From: Bacteroidales bacterium
GTDB lineage: Bacteria > Bacteroidota > Bacteroidia > Bacteroidales > UBA10428
NCBI GenBank assembly: GCA_016926375.1
Contig: JAFGOR010000101.1
Coordinates: 1-57,181 of the forward strand
DNA length: 57,181 nucleotides
Direction of reading: 5' to 3'
A program made the position numbers and the translations under genes. Within the stretch, counting starts at the first letter, position 1. The number at the start of each line of letters is the position of its first letter. Of the stretch, positions 1 to 9,245 are shown one piece after another. The notes beneath the pieces are model-generated. The model was not told the origin of the DNA, did no database searches, and saw only the letters and a program-made list of their open reading frames with translations.

Positions 1-52
1 AAATAAACATCTTACAACTTATAACATCTTCATTATTAACGATAAATGAGCA

Positions 53-69
53 TTAGCTTGACGGCTATG
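53..69 (+). mobile_element. Isolated terminal-repeat copy of the MITE family seen at 16388-16480 and 48708-48768
   Basis: TTAGCTTGACGGCTATG matches TTAACTTGACAGCTATG (16463-16479) at 15/17 positions. Confidence 0.45.
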
Positions 70-191
70 CCTCCAAAGGGGGATAGCACATTTTCAGAGC
101 TCATCTCAAATAAGAAAAGTAAGTGCCTTGGTCTTAAAAATAACTTCTTAAACTGACAGCTATGAAAAACCCCTTTTAGGATAGTCATATG

Positions 192-226
192 AAAAAAAAG
201 TGCCGGAGAAATACATCCCCGGCACT
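192..226 (-). terminator. Intrinsic terminator of the RND operon
   Basis: Minus strand AGTGCCGG...CCGGCACT stem followed by a T8 tract, 31 nt after the last gene. Confidence 0.8.
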
Positions 227-257
227 GAATAATTCAACTTATGAGGAAGGAATTATA

Positions 258-551
258 TCATGCTGTTTTCTCAATACTCCACACAAAGGCCCTTACACCA
301 ACCTCAAGGTTGATGGCATCCATCTTTTTCACCTTCTCGAGCACCATATCTGCCATATTGTCTTCCACAATGGTGAGGGTGGCTGAATTCACCTCGGGCC
401 AGGTGTGTGTTCCCAGCCTTGGCTCACCGGTATTTGTTCCGGCACCTGTTACCAGTGGCCATTGTGTGTACCCTTTGATGGCCAGTTTCTCAAGCATGTA
501 CTCTACCTTTTCGGTGAGTGCCTGGTTGTATATAATCATTATTGCTTTCAT
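258..551 (-). CDS. PII-like (PG0541-type) transporter-associated protein, 97 aa
   Basis: Start reassigned to MKAIMII. Contains GYT-W...G-G...GEPRLGTHTWP, a PII-like T-loop region, and lies directly after the RND permease. Confidence 0.75.
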   Translation of the reverse strand: MKAIMIIYNQALTEKVEYMLEKLAIKGYTQWPLVTGAGTNTGEPRLGTHTWPEVNSATLTIVEDNMADMVLEKVKKMDAINLEVGVRAFVWSIEKTA

Positions 552-561
552 ATTCTTGTTA

Positions 562-3500
562 TTAAGCTTCCATAAAATCGAGTTCCTCAGTTTCTCCTGA
601 TTTGCGCTGCTCACTTCGGCGTACCACATAGCGGTAAATTACCGGAACGATGAGCAGGGTTACAGCTGTGGATACCAATAATCCTCCGATAACCGCAATA
701 CCCATTGGCCTCCAAATCTCAGACCCTTCGCCCTGGCTTAAAGCCAGTGGTAACATGCCCAATACCGTGGTGGCAGTGGTCATCAATACCGGCCGCAAAC
801 GCGAACGGCCTGCACGTTTTATGGCATCATCCAGTTCGTAATTCCGGTCGCGGTTCAGGTTGGTCATGTCGACCAGCACAATGGCGTTCTTCACCACAAT
901 ACCAACCAGCATAATGGCCCCAAGCATGGCTATCACACTCAACGTGGTGTTGGTAATCAGCAGGGCCAGTATTACTCCGGTAAAGGAGAACGGAATGGAA
1001 GCCATGATGATCAGCGGCATTTTTAACGATTCAAATTGGGCTGCCATCACAATGTAAACCAAAATCAGACTTACCATGAGCAACATAATCAGGTCGGTAA
1101 TGGATTCTGTAAGATCTTCATAAGCACCGCCCACATCAACCATTACGCCACTGGGGATGTCCATTTTGGCAATTTCAGCCTTCACATTGGTGGCCATTTC
1201 ACCCAGGGGAACCTTGTAAGGTGTAACCGAAACGGTAACCACCCTTTCACGCCGCTTTCTTTCCACGTTAGGCGGCGACCAGAATTCCCCGATGGTGCCA
1301 ATTTCACCCAAACGTACTGTTCCGGAAATCGTTGGTATGGCGATGTTCTGGATGTCGCTGATGGAATTCCGGAAGTTTTCATCAAACCGGACCACAATAT
1401 CATATTCATTACCCGATTCGCGAAACTGCGAGGACGTAAGACCTACAATACGGTTGCGGATCATGGTAGATACAGTTGCTGTGTTCAGGCCGTGTTGCGA
1501 CATCTTATCCTGATCGAGCGAAATGCGCAATTCGGGTTTTGATTTTTCGCGACTGATGGAAACTTCCCTGGCTCCTTCGATCTTTTTGATTCGCTCGGCC
1601 ACGTCATTGGCAAGTGCCGTTGTTTCATCAAAATTGTATCCATAGATTTCCACATCAACGGTATTTGTTGATCCGCCCATGCCCTGGTCGCCGGTAGTAA
1701 TGCTGTATTTAACAATTTCAGGAAGGGTGGCCAGGTAATTACGCATTACCTCAGCTATTTCCAGGTCGGTTCTTTCTCTTTCCGAAGGCTTGCTTATCGA
1801 CAGGGTCACATTGATGATGTTGGAACCTGAATTCTGAAAGAGCGCAGTGAATCCGGCGTTATCGTCGGAACCCGCAGATACAGAGGCTATGTTTTTTTCA
1901 GGTATGTGCTCATCAATATAGGCATCAATCTTGTGTGCAACTTTGGCTGTTTCGTCAAACCGCACACCTGCCTGCAACTCAATTTCTGCCGTAATCTGGC
2001 CCTGGTCGGATTGCGGAATGAACTCGGTTTTCAGTAACATGACGGCCAGTAAGAGCGAGAAAGCGAACAGCCCTATAGAACCGAAAACCACAGTTCGTTT
2101 GTGATGAAGGCACCAATTCAGCGTTTTGGCATAGAATTCATCAATCCAGTTGAGAATGGGCAGAACAAGTTTTTCATGACTGTATTTTCCGGGTTTGTTT
2201 CTTTTGGATTCCAGTTTCAGCAGTTTCGAACTGAGCATGGGGGTGATTGTAATGGCTGCCAGAGCCGAAGCACCGATGGTGATGGTTACAATCCAGCCCA
2301 ACTGCTGAAACATCACACCCATCATGCCCGAAACCATGGTCATGGGGAAGAATACTGCGATGATGGTAAGCGTGGCTGCAATAACTGCAAGCCAGACTTC
2401 ATTGGTTGCATAAATGGCTGCTTCCCTGGGAGTGCTCCCGCGCTCGATATGTTTGCTGATGTTTTCGAGCACCACAATGGCATCGTCAACCACCATACCA
2501 ATGGCAATAGACAATGCTGAAAGTGAAATGATGTTGATGGTGTTGCCCGAAACCATCAGGTAAATGAATGCGGCAATAAGCGATATGGGGATGGTGAGTA
2601 CTATAATAAAGGTAGCCCGCCATCTGCCCAGGAAAAATAACACCACCAGCACCACGAAAATAAAGGCAAACATGAGCGTCTCCGTGAGGTTGTTGATGGA
2701 GTCGGTAATGAAATCACTGGTATCCCAGATTACACTTATTTTAACGTCAGAAGGAAGCTGTTTCTCCAGTTCAGCAAGTTCCTTGCTGATCTCCCGGGCA
2801 ATTTTCACCGTGTTGGCGCCCGACTGCTTCTGGACCATCATGCTGATACCGGTTTTCCCGTTGATCTTTTCCTCATACTTCATGTCAACGATGGAATCGC
2901 GCACCGTGGCAACATCTTTCACCCGGATGATCTTTCCCCGGTAGTTGCCCAATACCACATTTTTTATCTGATCGCTTTCGGCAAATTCACCCTGTACACG
3001 CAGCGGATAACTCATTTCTCCCATTTCCACAGTACCCGAAGGCGTGTTCAGGTTTTCAGCAGCAAGCACCGAGCCGATTTGTTCAATGGTCAGATTGTAG
3101 GCTTCCAACCTGCGTGGGTCAATGTTGATGGCTACCTCACGCGTAGGCACGCCCAGGAGGCTTATTGCACCCACACCTTCAATACGGTTTAGCGGGTTTA
3201 CAATTTTCTCATCCAACATATCTTCAATACCGGCGTAGCTGTCGTCAGCAGTAACCGCGTAGAACAGGATGGGCATCATGTTCGTATTGAACTTGAATAT
3301 CACCGGTTCCTCAGACCCTTCGGGAAGAAAAGAACTCACCAGCGACAATGCATCGCGCACGTCATTGGCGGCTGCATCGAGATTGGTGCCGTACTCAAAT
3401 TCAAGAGTTACTACTGATACATTATCACGCGATGTGGAGGTGATCTGCTTTATATCACTCACCGTGTTCAGGCTGCTTTCAAGCGGTTCTGAAATATTCC

Positions 3501-3681
3501 GTTCCACATCCGAGGCATTGGCTCCCGTATAACTGGTGAAAACCATGATTGCCGGGAATTCCATCTCAGGGTAAAAGTCAATAGGTAGCTTTATCAGCGA
3601 ATAGAGCCCGAATACAATCACCCCCAGAAACAACATGAGGGTGGTAACAGGCTTCTTTACAGCGCTTCCGTAAATACTCAT
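562..3681 (-). CDS. RND efflux permease (AcrB/AcrD/AcrF family)
   Basis: 1039 aa with GMVVDDAIVVLENI, GIVVKNAIVLVD and SRLRPVLMT motifs. Confidence 0.95.
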   Translation of the reverse strand: MSIYGSAVKKPVTTLMLFLGVIVFGLYSLIKLPIDFYPEMEFPAIMVFTSYTGANASDVERNISEPLESSLNTVSDIKQITSTSRDNVSVVTLEFEYGTNLDAAANDVRDALSLVSSFLPEGSEEPVIFKFNTNMMPILFYAVTADDSYAGIEDMLDEKIVNPLNRIEGVGAISLLGVPTREVAINIDPRRLEAYNLTIEQIGSVLAAENLNTPSGTVEMGEMSYPLRVQGEFAESDQIKNVVLGNYRGKIIRVKDVATVRDSIVDMKYEEKINGKTGISMMVQKQSGANTVKIAREISKELAELEKQLPSDVKISVIWDTSDFITDSINNLTETLMFAFIFVVLVVLFFLGRWRATFIIVLTIPISLIAAFIYLMVSGNTINIISLSALSIAIGMVVDDAIVVLENISKHIERGSTPREAAIYATNEVWLAVIAATLTIIAVFFPMTMVSGMMGVMFQQLGWIVTITIGASALAAITITPMLSSKLLKLESKRNKPGKYSHEKLVLPILNWIDEFYAKTLNWCLHHKRTVVFGSIGLFAFSLLLAVMLLKTEFIPQSDQGQITAEIELQAGVRFDETAKVAHKIDAYIDEHIPEKNIASVSAGSDDNAGFTALFQNSGSNIINVTLSISKPSERERTDLEIAEVMRNYLATLPEIVKYSITTGDQGMGGSTNTVDVEIYGYNFDETTALANDVAERIKKIEGAREVSISREKSKPELRISLDQDKMSQHGLNTATVSTMIRNRIVGLTSSQFRESGNEYDIVVRFDENFRNSISDIQNIAIPTISGTVRLGEIGTIGEFWSPPNVERKRRERVVTVSVTPYKVPLGEMATNVKAEIAKMDIPSGVMVDVGGAYEDLTESITDLIMLLMVSLILVYIVMAAQFESLKMPLIIMASIPFSFTGVILALLITNTTLSVIAMLGAIMLVGIVVKNAIVLVDMTNLNRDRNYELDDAIKRAGRSRLRPVLMTTATTVLGMLPLALSQGEGSEIWRPMGIAVIGGLLVSTAVTLLIVPVIYRYVVRRSEQRKSGETEELDFMEA

Positions 3682-3728
3682 TTTTTTTATTCTTTAATGC
3701 TGTTAAAAATTCTTTCTGTAAAAACTTA

Positions 3729-4790
3729 TTACTGAACGATGGTGATCAGTGATTTGTCCATCAATTTATCCTGCCCTGCAAAGATTACCTGGTCGCCTTC
3801 TTTCAGTTCTTCAGATATAATTTCAAGTTTATCGTCGAAGCGCTGTCCGATTTCAACCTTGATCTTCCTTGTGGTATTATCTCCATTGGCCAGGAACACG
3901 TAGCGATCATTGGTGCCTTCCTGCTTAACTACTGCAATTGCGGGCAGAATCAATGCATCAATCTGACCCATGTTTATTGAAACTCGCGAAAACATTCCCG
4001 GCCGCAACACTTCATCGTTGTTGTTGATTACAATTTCGACTTCAAAGGAACGTGTATCAGCACTTATGGTAGGGTATATGCGGGATATCTCTCCTTTGAA
4101 AGTCCGGTTCGGGAAAATGTCAACCTTTACATCGGCTTTCATGCCCTTTTTGGTCAGTGGGAAGTATTTTTCGGAAATACTCACTATTGCCTTCATCGGG
4201 TTGATCTGCATGAGCGTTACTATAGCCGCTTTTCCGGCAGGGGTGTTGGGAGCACCTGAATAGAGTTCACCTCCTTCAAAGTACTTGCCGGTAACAATGC
4301 CGTTAATGGGCGATACCAGAAGTGTGTTCTTTTTCAGGAAGTCGTAACTTGATTTGCTCACTTCGTATTGTGTTTTGGCCCCTTCATAAACCTGTTCGGA
4401 TATGCTGTTGAGTTTGTAAAGCGTATCCATACGTTCAAAATTCGACCGGGCATTTTCATATTGCTCCTTGGCCTGCTGCAATTGTGTGGCTTCCATACGG
4501 GCAATAACCTGTCCTTTACTTACGCGAGTGCCTATTTCAACCATGATTTCTTCAATCCTGCCCGGGGAAGCCGGTGCGTAGTTGATTTCTTCGTAAGGCA
4601 TTAAATTGGCATTATATTCAACCGGCCGGGCAATTTTCTGTTGGGCAAGTGTCATAACCTTCACTTTGTAAACGGTTGTATCGGCAACAGCTTCTGTTGT
4701 TGCAGGGTCTTCAACGGATGTTTTTTTTCCGCACGAAACAACAACCAAAGCAACCAGCGATAACGCGAATAGAATTTTAATCTGTTTCAT
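3729..4790 (-). CDS. RND periplasmic adaptor (MFP) lipoprotein
   Basis: Lipobox VVSC; lipoyl-like halves (G-RV-KGQ, SPINGIV); LRPGMF motif; operon position. Confidence 0.93.
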   Translation of the reverse strand: MKQIKILFALSLVALVVVSCGKKTSVEDPATTEAVADTTVYKVKVMTLAQQKIARPVEYNANLMPYEEINYAPASPGRIEEIMVEIGTRVSKGQVIARMEATQLQQAKEQYENARSNFERMDTLYKLNSISEQVYEGAKTQYEVSKSSYDFLKKNTLLVSPINGIVTGKYFEGGELYSGAPNTPAGKAAIVTLMQINPMKAIVSISEKYFPLTKKGMKADVKVDIFPNRTFKGEISRIYPTISADTRSFEVEIVINNNDEVLRPGMFSRVSINMGQIDALILPAIAVVKQEGTNDRYVFLANGDNTTRKIKVEIGQRFDDKLEIISEELKEGDQVIFAGQDKLMDKSLITIVQ

Positions 4791-4814
4791 TGTATTATTT
4801 GTTTATGAATGTTC

Positions 4815-6200
4815 TTAAATGGTATTATACAATTTTTCAAGAGCGGTCTGAGCTTGCAGCAATGTCATCAGGGCCGACATGTAATTGCTTTCAGCCGTAA
4901 GGTAATTGGTATTGGCCTGGGTCAGGTCGAGACTTGATACCAGCCCCTCCCGGTACTTATTTTGAATACTTTTCAGCACCCTTCCGGCAACCTCCACGTT
5001 TTCTTTTTGTGTGTTGTAGTTTTCAAAAGCACTTTCGTAGTTGAACAGCAACTGGTTCTTTTGAATCTCAAGCTGTTCCTTTACCATCTCCTGGTTGCGC
5101 TGCGCCATATCCAGGTTTATTTTAGCCTGATCAAGCTGGGCCTTGCGCATGCCGCTCGAAAAAATGGGAACTGTAGCGGTAATACCTGCCAGGTGGTTCG
5201 GCGTCATGTCGAAACCGGTGGTCAGAATCTTTTTGGTATAGCTGTAAAAACCGGCAATGGTCGGCGCATAAGCCCAGTTCCGCATGTCTACCTGCTTTTT
5301 GCTGATCAGCGTTTGCGATTCCATCATCTGGTAATTGATGTTGTTGGCTACGTTAAATGCCGGATCCAGAGCAACCTGCGGGTTGATGCGGGTCATCAAC
5401 TGTTCGATGTTATCGGCCAGTTTGATACTGGCATCGGGTGCTACACCCAGCTGGAAACGCAGCATGTTGTAATTCAGCTGAACTGCTCGTTCCAGCGATT
5501 TCTGGCTGTTTTTCAGCTGACTCACCGTTATTTTCAGCTGGTCTACATCGGTTTTTTCTGCCACACCTGCCTTGTACATATTGGTAGTGTGTTCCAGCAT
5601 GGTATTCAGGTTTCTTAGGTTTTCCCCGATGATTTTCAGATTCTGCTCGGTGATCAACGTCATAATGTATGAATTGGTGATGCTTTCTTTTACATCCAGT
5701 TCATTCATCACCACATTCTGGTCAGCCAGTCTGCGTGCAATTTTGGCTGTCTGCAGCCCGATCCAATACTGTCCGTTAAAAATTAACTGTGAAACCTGTC
5801 CGGAGGCACTCATTTGATTGTCCATGACTATGGGCTCCGAAGAGCCTCCCATCATGGCAGCAAGATAACCGGCAAGCACTCTGTCACCAGCATCAAAATC
5901 GGGATGATCTATTACAGGTGGTTCACCACCACCACCAAAACTAAAATTGAGTTCATAATTAAAATAGGTCATGAAATCCACACCCCCATCAATCTGCGGT
6001 AAACCCTGAGCCCGGGCTTCACGAAAGGCATATTTGGAAGAGGTTACCTGGTCTCTTGCATTGAGCAGGCTTTTATTATGCTGCAATGCATAATCGCATG
6101 CCTGGTCGAGTGTTAACGTATGGGCTTCCTGTTGTGCCCAGGCCATGCTGCATGATAATGCCATGGCTGAAAAAACGAACGTTTTGATCAATTTCATCAT
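4815..6200 (-). CDS. TolC family outer membrane protein
   Basis: Signal peptide from MMKLIK; LTLDQAC..AL..N and Y..G..S.LDL motifs; operon position. Confidence 0.9.
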   Translation of the reverse strand: MMKLIKTFVFSAMALSCSMAWAQQEAHTLTLDQACDYALQHNKSLLNARDQVTSSKYAFREARAQGLPQIDGGVDFMTYFNYELNFSFGGGGEPPVIDHPDFDAGDRVLAGYLAAMMGGSSEPIVMDNQMSASGQVSQLIFNGQYWIGLQTAKIARRLADQNVVMNELDVKESITNSYIMTLITEQNLKIIGENLRNLNTMLEHTTNMYKAGVAEKTDVDQLKITVSQLKNSQKSLERAVQLNYNMLRFQLGVAPDASIKLADNIEQLMTRINPQVALDPAFNVANNINYQMMESQTLISKKQVDMRNWAYAPTIAGFYSYTKKILTTGFDMTPNHLAGITATVPIFSSGMRKAQLDQAKINLDMAQRNQEMVKEQLEIQKNQLLFNYESAFENYNTQKENVEVAGRVLKSIQNKYREGLVSSLDLTQANTNYLTAESNYMSALMTLLQAQTALEKLYNTI

Positions 6201-6253
6201 GTTGTTGCTTATAATCGGTTGTTTGTAAACTATATGGTAATTCCTGCGGAGCC

Positions 6254-6721
6254 TCATTTTTGCGATATGTATTCTTTTTTCAATTCCTCAAACTTGTTCA
6301 GAAAGAAGTTCAGCATATCAATCATGTCTCTGATGAGAACGGCATTTTCCGACTGCTTATCGGCTTTCAGTTCCAGTGTTCGCTCCAGATAATTCAGCGC
6401 ATCTGTGAGTGTAACACGGTGCTCGTCGATGAGTGCAAACTTGTCGCGCTTTTTGAGCTGAAAATACCTTTTCCGGTCGCCCGGGACAGTGATGTAATCA
6501 ATTGCCCCTGATATTTCAAGCAAGCGCAATGCGTTGCTGGCCGAGCTTTTGCTGATTTGAAGATCTTCCACAATCTCATCAAAGGTATACTGCTCTTTGT
6601 CCATTACGGTGAGCAATCCCACAATACGACCGGCAATGGGCTGCAGACCCTTTTTCTCGTAAAACCTGCCGGCCATTTCCACCATTTCTTTCTGTCGCCT
6701 GATTCGCTCTTCTGTTGTCAT
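6254..6721 (-). CDS. GbsR/MarR family transcriptional regulator
   Basis: G..P.AGRI, TFDEI...LQISKSSASNALR and PGDRKRYF winged-helix motifs; start taken at MTTEE. Confidence 0.88.
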   Translation of the reverse strand: MTTEERIRRQKEMVEMAGRFYEKKGLQPIAGRIVGLLTVMDKEQYTFDEIVEDLQISKSSASNALRLLEISGAIDYITVPGDRKRYFQLKKRDKFALIDEHRVTLTDALNYLERTLELKADKQSENAVLIRDMIDMLNFFLNKFEELKKEYISQK

Positions 6722-6739
6722 TTTATAATAATTAAGGCG

Positions 6740-6784
6740 CAAATATAGGAATTAGTTCTTTTAGTTCGGTAAATTATAAACTAA
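6740..6784 (-). promoter_or_regulatory. Bacteroidota -7 box plus candidate autoregulatory operator
   Basis: TATATTTG (minus, 6740-6747) fits TAnnTTTG; inverted repeat TTAGTT-N12-AACTAA at 6761-6784. Confidence 0.55.
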
Positions 6785-7047
6785 AAAAACTAATAAAAAA
6801 TATCCTTTTTCCGTATTCCCTGATGGTTTAACCATAAAATAAAGAACTCCGGGTTCGGCTTGTTATGAAAAGATTGACTTTACAAAACTAAATCCATCTA
6901 AGGGAATTGTAAAACAATAATCGGTAGATGGCAGGTATTTTTCGGTGAATGGCTAAAATGTGCCGAAAACCCGCTTAACAATAACTTGATCTTGTTGTAT
7001 CGTTTTTGTTACATTGCTTTAATGCCTTTAGAGAAAGTCGGATAGCA

Positions 7048-7188
7048 ATGAAAAACCGGATGAAACATATTGAGCAGCAGTTGCACCCCTATCGTGAGGA
7101 TATGGAATACCTGTTATTCGTGGGCGTACCGGCAGGGTTGCTGATGGTACTTTTTTCAGAATGCATGAATTTCCTTCAGTTGTTTTGA
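7048..7188 (+). CDS. Possible small membrane protein, 46 aa
   Basis: Basic N-terminus followed by one hydrophobic stretch (YLLFVGVPAGLLMVLF); fills an intergenic gap. Confidence 0.35.
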   Translation: MKNRMKHIEQQLHPYREDMEYLLFVGVPAGLLMVLFSECMNFLQLF

Positions 7189-7198
7189 AGAGCCAGGA

Positions 7199-7264
7199 AC
7201 CTAGCACCTAGCACCTAGCACCTAAAACCAAAAGCCTACCCGCCTTCGCTGAAGCTACGGCGGG
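7199..7264 (+). repeat. (ACCTAGC)x3 heptamer array plus REP-like hairpin CCCGCCTTCGCTGAAGCTACGGCGGG
   Basis: Read directly. The hairpin recurs inverted at 23482-23507 (21/26). Confidence 0.8.
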
Positions 7265-7272
7265 CGAAGCTC

Positions 7273-7461
7273 CTAATACTTCTGAAAATACAGCTTGAAT
7301 TCCATTAGGGAGAAGCTCCTGAAACAACTGAAATCATGATACACTCTGTATGAAGGCGGATGCTGGGCCATGGGCGGTGTGTATTCGAAATGATAAAAGC
7401 TATTCTCGCTGAACTTCACCTGAATGTCGTCAAATTTCTTGATGCACTTACACTTATACAT
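7273..7461 (-). CDS. Small hypothetical protein, 62 aa (MYKCKCIKKF...)
   Basis: ATG lies about 27 nt downstream of a full-consensus Bacteroidota promoter. Confidence 0.55.
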   Translation of the reverse strand: MYKCKCIKKFDDIQVKFSENSFYHFEYTPPMAQHPPSYRVYHDFSCFRSFSLMEFKLYFQKY

Positions 7462-7488
7462 GAGGGCAGGTTTTGGAATTGATCGATG

Positions 7489-7520
7489 CAAAAGTAACAT
7501 TTCATTTGAATGATGGCAAA
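7489..7520 (-). promoter_or_regulatory. Bacteroidota primary-sigma promoter
   Basis: TTTG-N20-TACTTTTG on the minus strand. Confidence 0.7.
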
Positions 7521-7546
7521 TAAATTTGTGAACGGGAGAAGACACA

Positions 7547-7636
7547 AGCCATTAGCTTTTGGCTTTTAGCTATTAGCCAACAACCCTGCCTGCCTGCCGG
7601 CAATAGCCAATGGCCAACAGCCAATGACTAACGACG
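7547..7636. repeat. Inverted heptamer arrays (TAGCTTT / CAATAGC type) around a partial CCTGCCTGCCGGCA core
   Basis: Read directly. Confidence 0.7.
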
Positions 7637-7694
7637 AATTAACCATCTTGTTCAAAAAAGTTTTTCTTCCATGGGGTAATATCATCTAAGTTTA

Positions 7695-7702
7695 TATATT
7701 TG
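7695..7702 (+). promoter_or_regulatory. -7 box upstream of the DHS homologue
   Basis: TATATTTG fits TAnnTTTG. Confidence 0.55.
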
Positions 7703-7755
7703 TCCGGAAGAAGCATGTATTTTATTTGAATGATAATCAACAAGTATTAAACGAG

Positions 7756-8778
7756 ATGACAGCCAAACGAGAATTATTGAAAGAGACCATCGAGCACATT
7801 GATATCAAATCATTCGATGCCACTCCAATTATTGATTCGATGAAAAAGATGTCTTTTTCATCACGTGACACCGCCAATGCTGCTGATATTCTCCTGAAGA
7901 TGGTTCGGGATAAAGAATGTACCAATATACTGACGCTTGCAGGAAGCACCAGCGCCGGTGGTTGTATGCAGGTATACGTGGATATGGTGAAGAGCCATAT
8001 GATTGATGTGATTGTAGCTACAGGTGCCAGTATCATTGACATGGACTTTTTCGAAGCCATCGGGTTCAAGCACTATATTGGCCGCACGGATGTGCCGGAC
8101 AAAAAGCTCAGGGATTACTATATCGACAGAATTTATGATACTTTCATTGATGAGGATGACCTGCAGGTTTGTGACGGAACCATCAAGCTGGTTGCCGACA
8201 CACTTCAGCACCGCCCTTATTCCTCCCGTGAATTCATCTGGGAACTGGGCAAATACCTGGTTAAAAATGCTGTGAAGAAGGACTCATTGATCCAGGCCTG
8301 CTATGAAAATGGTGTTCCCATTTTCTGTCCTGCGTTTTCCGACAGCAGTGCCGGATTCGGACTGGTCAAGCACCAGTGGGAGAATCCCGACAAACATGTA
8401 ACCATTGACTCAGTGCGTGATTTCAGGGAACTGACCATGATCAAAATGGAAGCTGAAACCTCCGGACTCTTTATGATCGGCGGAGGTGTTCCTAAAAATT
8501 TCGCACAGGATACCGTGGTTTGTGCCGAGATTTTGGGAAAATCGGTGCCCATGCACAAATATGCAGTGCAAATCACAGTTGCAGATGCGCGTGACGGAGC
8601 CTGCTCTTCATCAACACTCCAGGAGGCTTCTTCATGGGGCAAGGTAGATACCAAATATGAACAAATGGTTTATGCCGAAGCAACCACAGTACTTCCCCTG
8701 ATTGCATCTTTTGTATACCACAGCGGGGCCTGGGAAAAGAGAAAACCAAAGGAATGGAGCAAGTTGTTTCAGAAGTAA
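7756..8778 (+). CDS. Deoxyhypusine synthase family protein (possibly a homospermidine-pathway aminobutyltransferase)
   Basis: DRIYD, PIFCPAFSDS, GGGVPKNF and EASSWGK (catalytic Lys) motifs; start at ATG 7756 or TTG 7726. Confidence 0.9.
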   Translation: MTAKRELLKETIEHIDIKSFDATPIIDSMKKMSFSSRDTANAADILLKMVRDKECTNILTLAGSTSAGGCMQVYVDMVKSHMIDVIVATGASIIDMDFFEAIGFKHYIGRTDVPDKKLRDYYIDRIYDTFIDEDDLQVCDGTIKLVADTLQHRPYSSREFIWELGKYLVKNAVKKDSLIQACYENGVPIFCPAFSDSSAGFGLVKHQWENPDKHVTIDSVRDFRELTMIKMEAETSGLFMIGGGVPKNFAQDTVVCAEILGKSVPMHKYAVQITVADARDGACSSSTLQEASSWGKVDTKYEQMVYAEATTVLPLIASFVYHSGAWEKRKPKEWSKLFQK

Positions 8779-8789
8779 CGGTTTGAAGA

Positions 8790-8860
8790 AAGATACAAGA
8801 GCCAAGACCTGCCTGCCGGAGCGGCAGCGCAGGCAGGTCCAAGATCTGGGATTCAAGATT
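8790..8860 (+). repeat. CAAGA(T/G) heptamer array with inserted 30-bp CCTGCCTGCCGGAGCGGCAGCGCAGGCAGG hairpin
   Basis: 8807-8841 is identical over 35 bp to 21120-21154. Confidence 0.85.
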
Positions 8861-8873
8861 CTATTGAGTAGTT

Positions 8874-8908
8874 CGGCTCAGGCATTGCCTGGGCCGTTTT
8901 TGTTTTTT
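8874..8908 (+). terminator. Intrinsic terminator after the DHS homologue
   Basis: CGGCTCAGGC...GCCTGGGCCG stem followed by TTTTTGTTTTTT. Confidence 0.7.
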
Positions 8909-9245
8909 CAGGCTGCGCCTGATAATGAACTGGCACGTAAACCTGCCCGATTTGCTTCTCCTGCATTTTCACGCAGAAAAGTTGCCTTTTTCTGTTTTCC
9001 GCAATGAAATATGCTGTTGATCCGGTTGTGGCATGGAATGCTGACAACCTTTACCGGAGCGGCTTTCAGGAGGAGACTTGCCGGTTGAAATGGTTAATAA
9101 AACGTTGGCAACTTTTTTTTTCTGCTGCGTATAACGTTCAAAAATGAATTAACATTAGCAAAGATTTTTAAGACAATTGTTGGTCTTAACATAATAATAG
9201 GTATATAAGTTAAACTTTTAACACTACAGTCACTTTAACAAAAAA

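Noticed and set aside
650-6002. Antisense ORFs inside the RND genes (and similar ones throughout the window)
   Set aside because: These are shadow frames of well-supported genes and have no recognisable motifs.
8573-9047. ORFs containing CLPAGR / WTCLRCRSGRQVL (also 21002-21199, 23548-23733, 48369-48746)
   Set aside because: These are translations of the CCTGCC repeat elements.
8910-9245. Lysine or SAM riboswitch upstream of kamA
   Set aside because: I could not find the consensus elements by eye; an Rfam scan would settle it.
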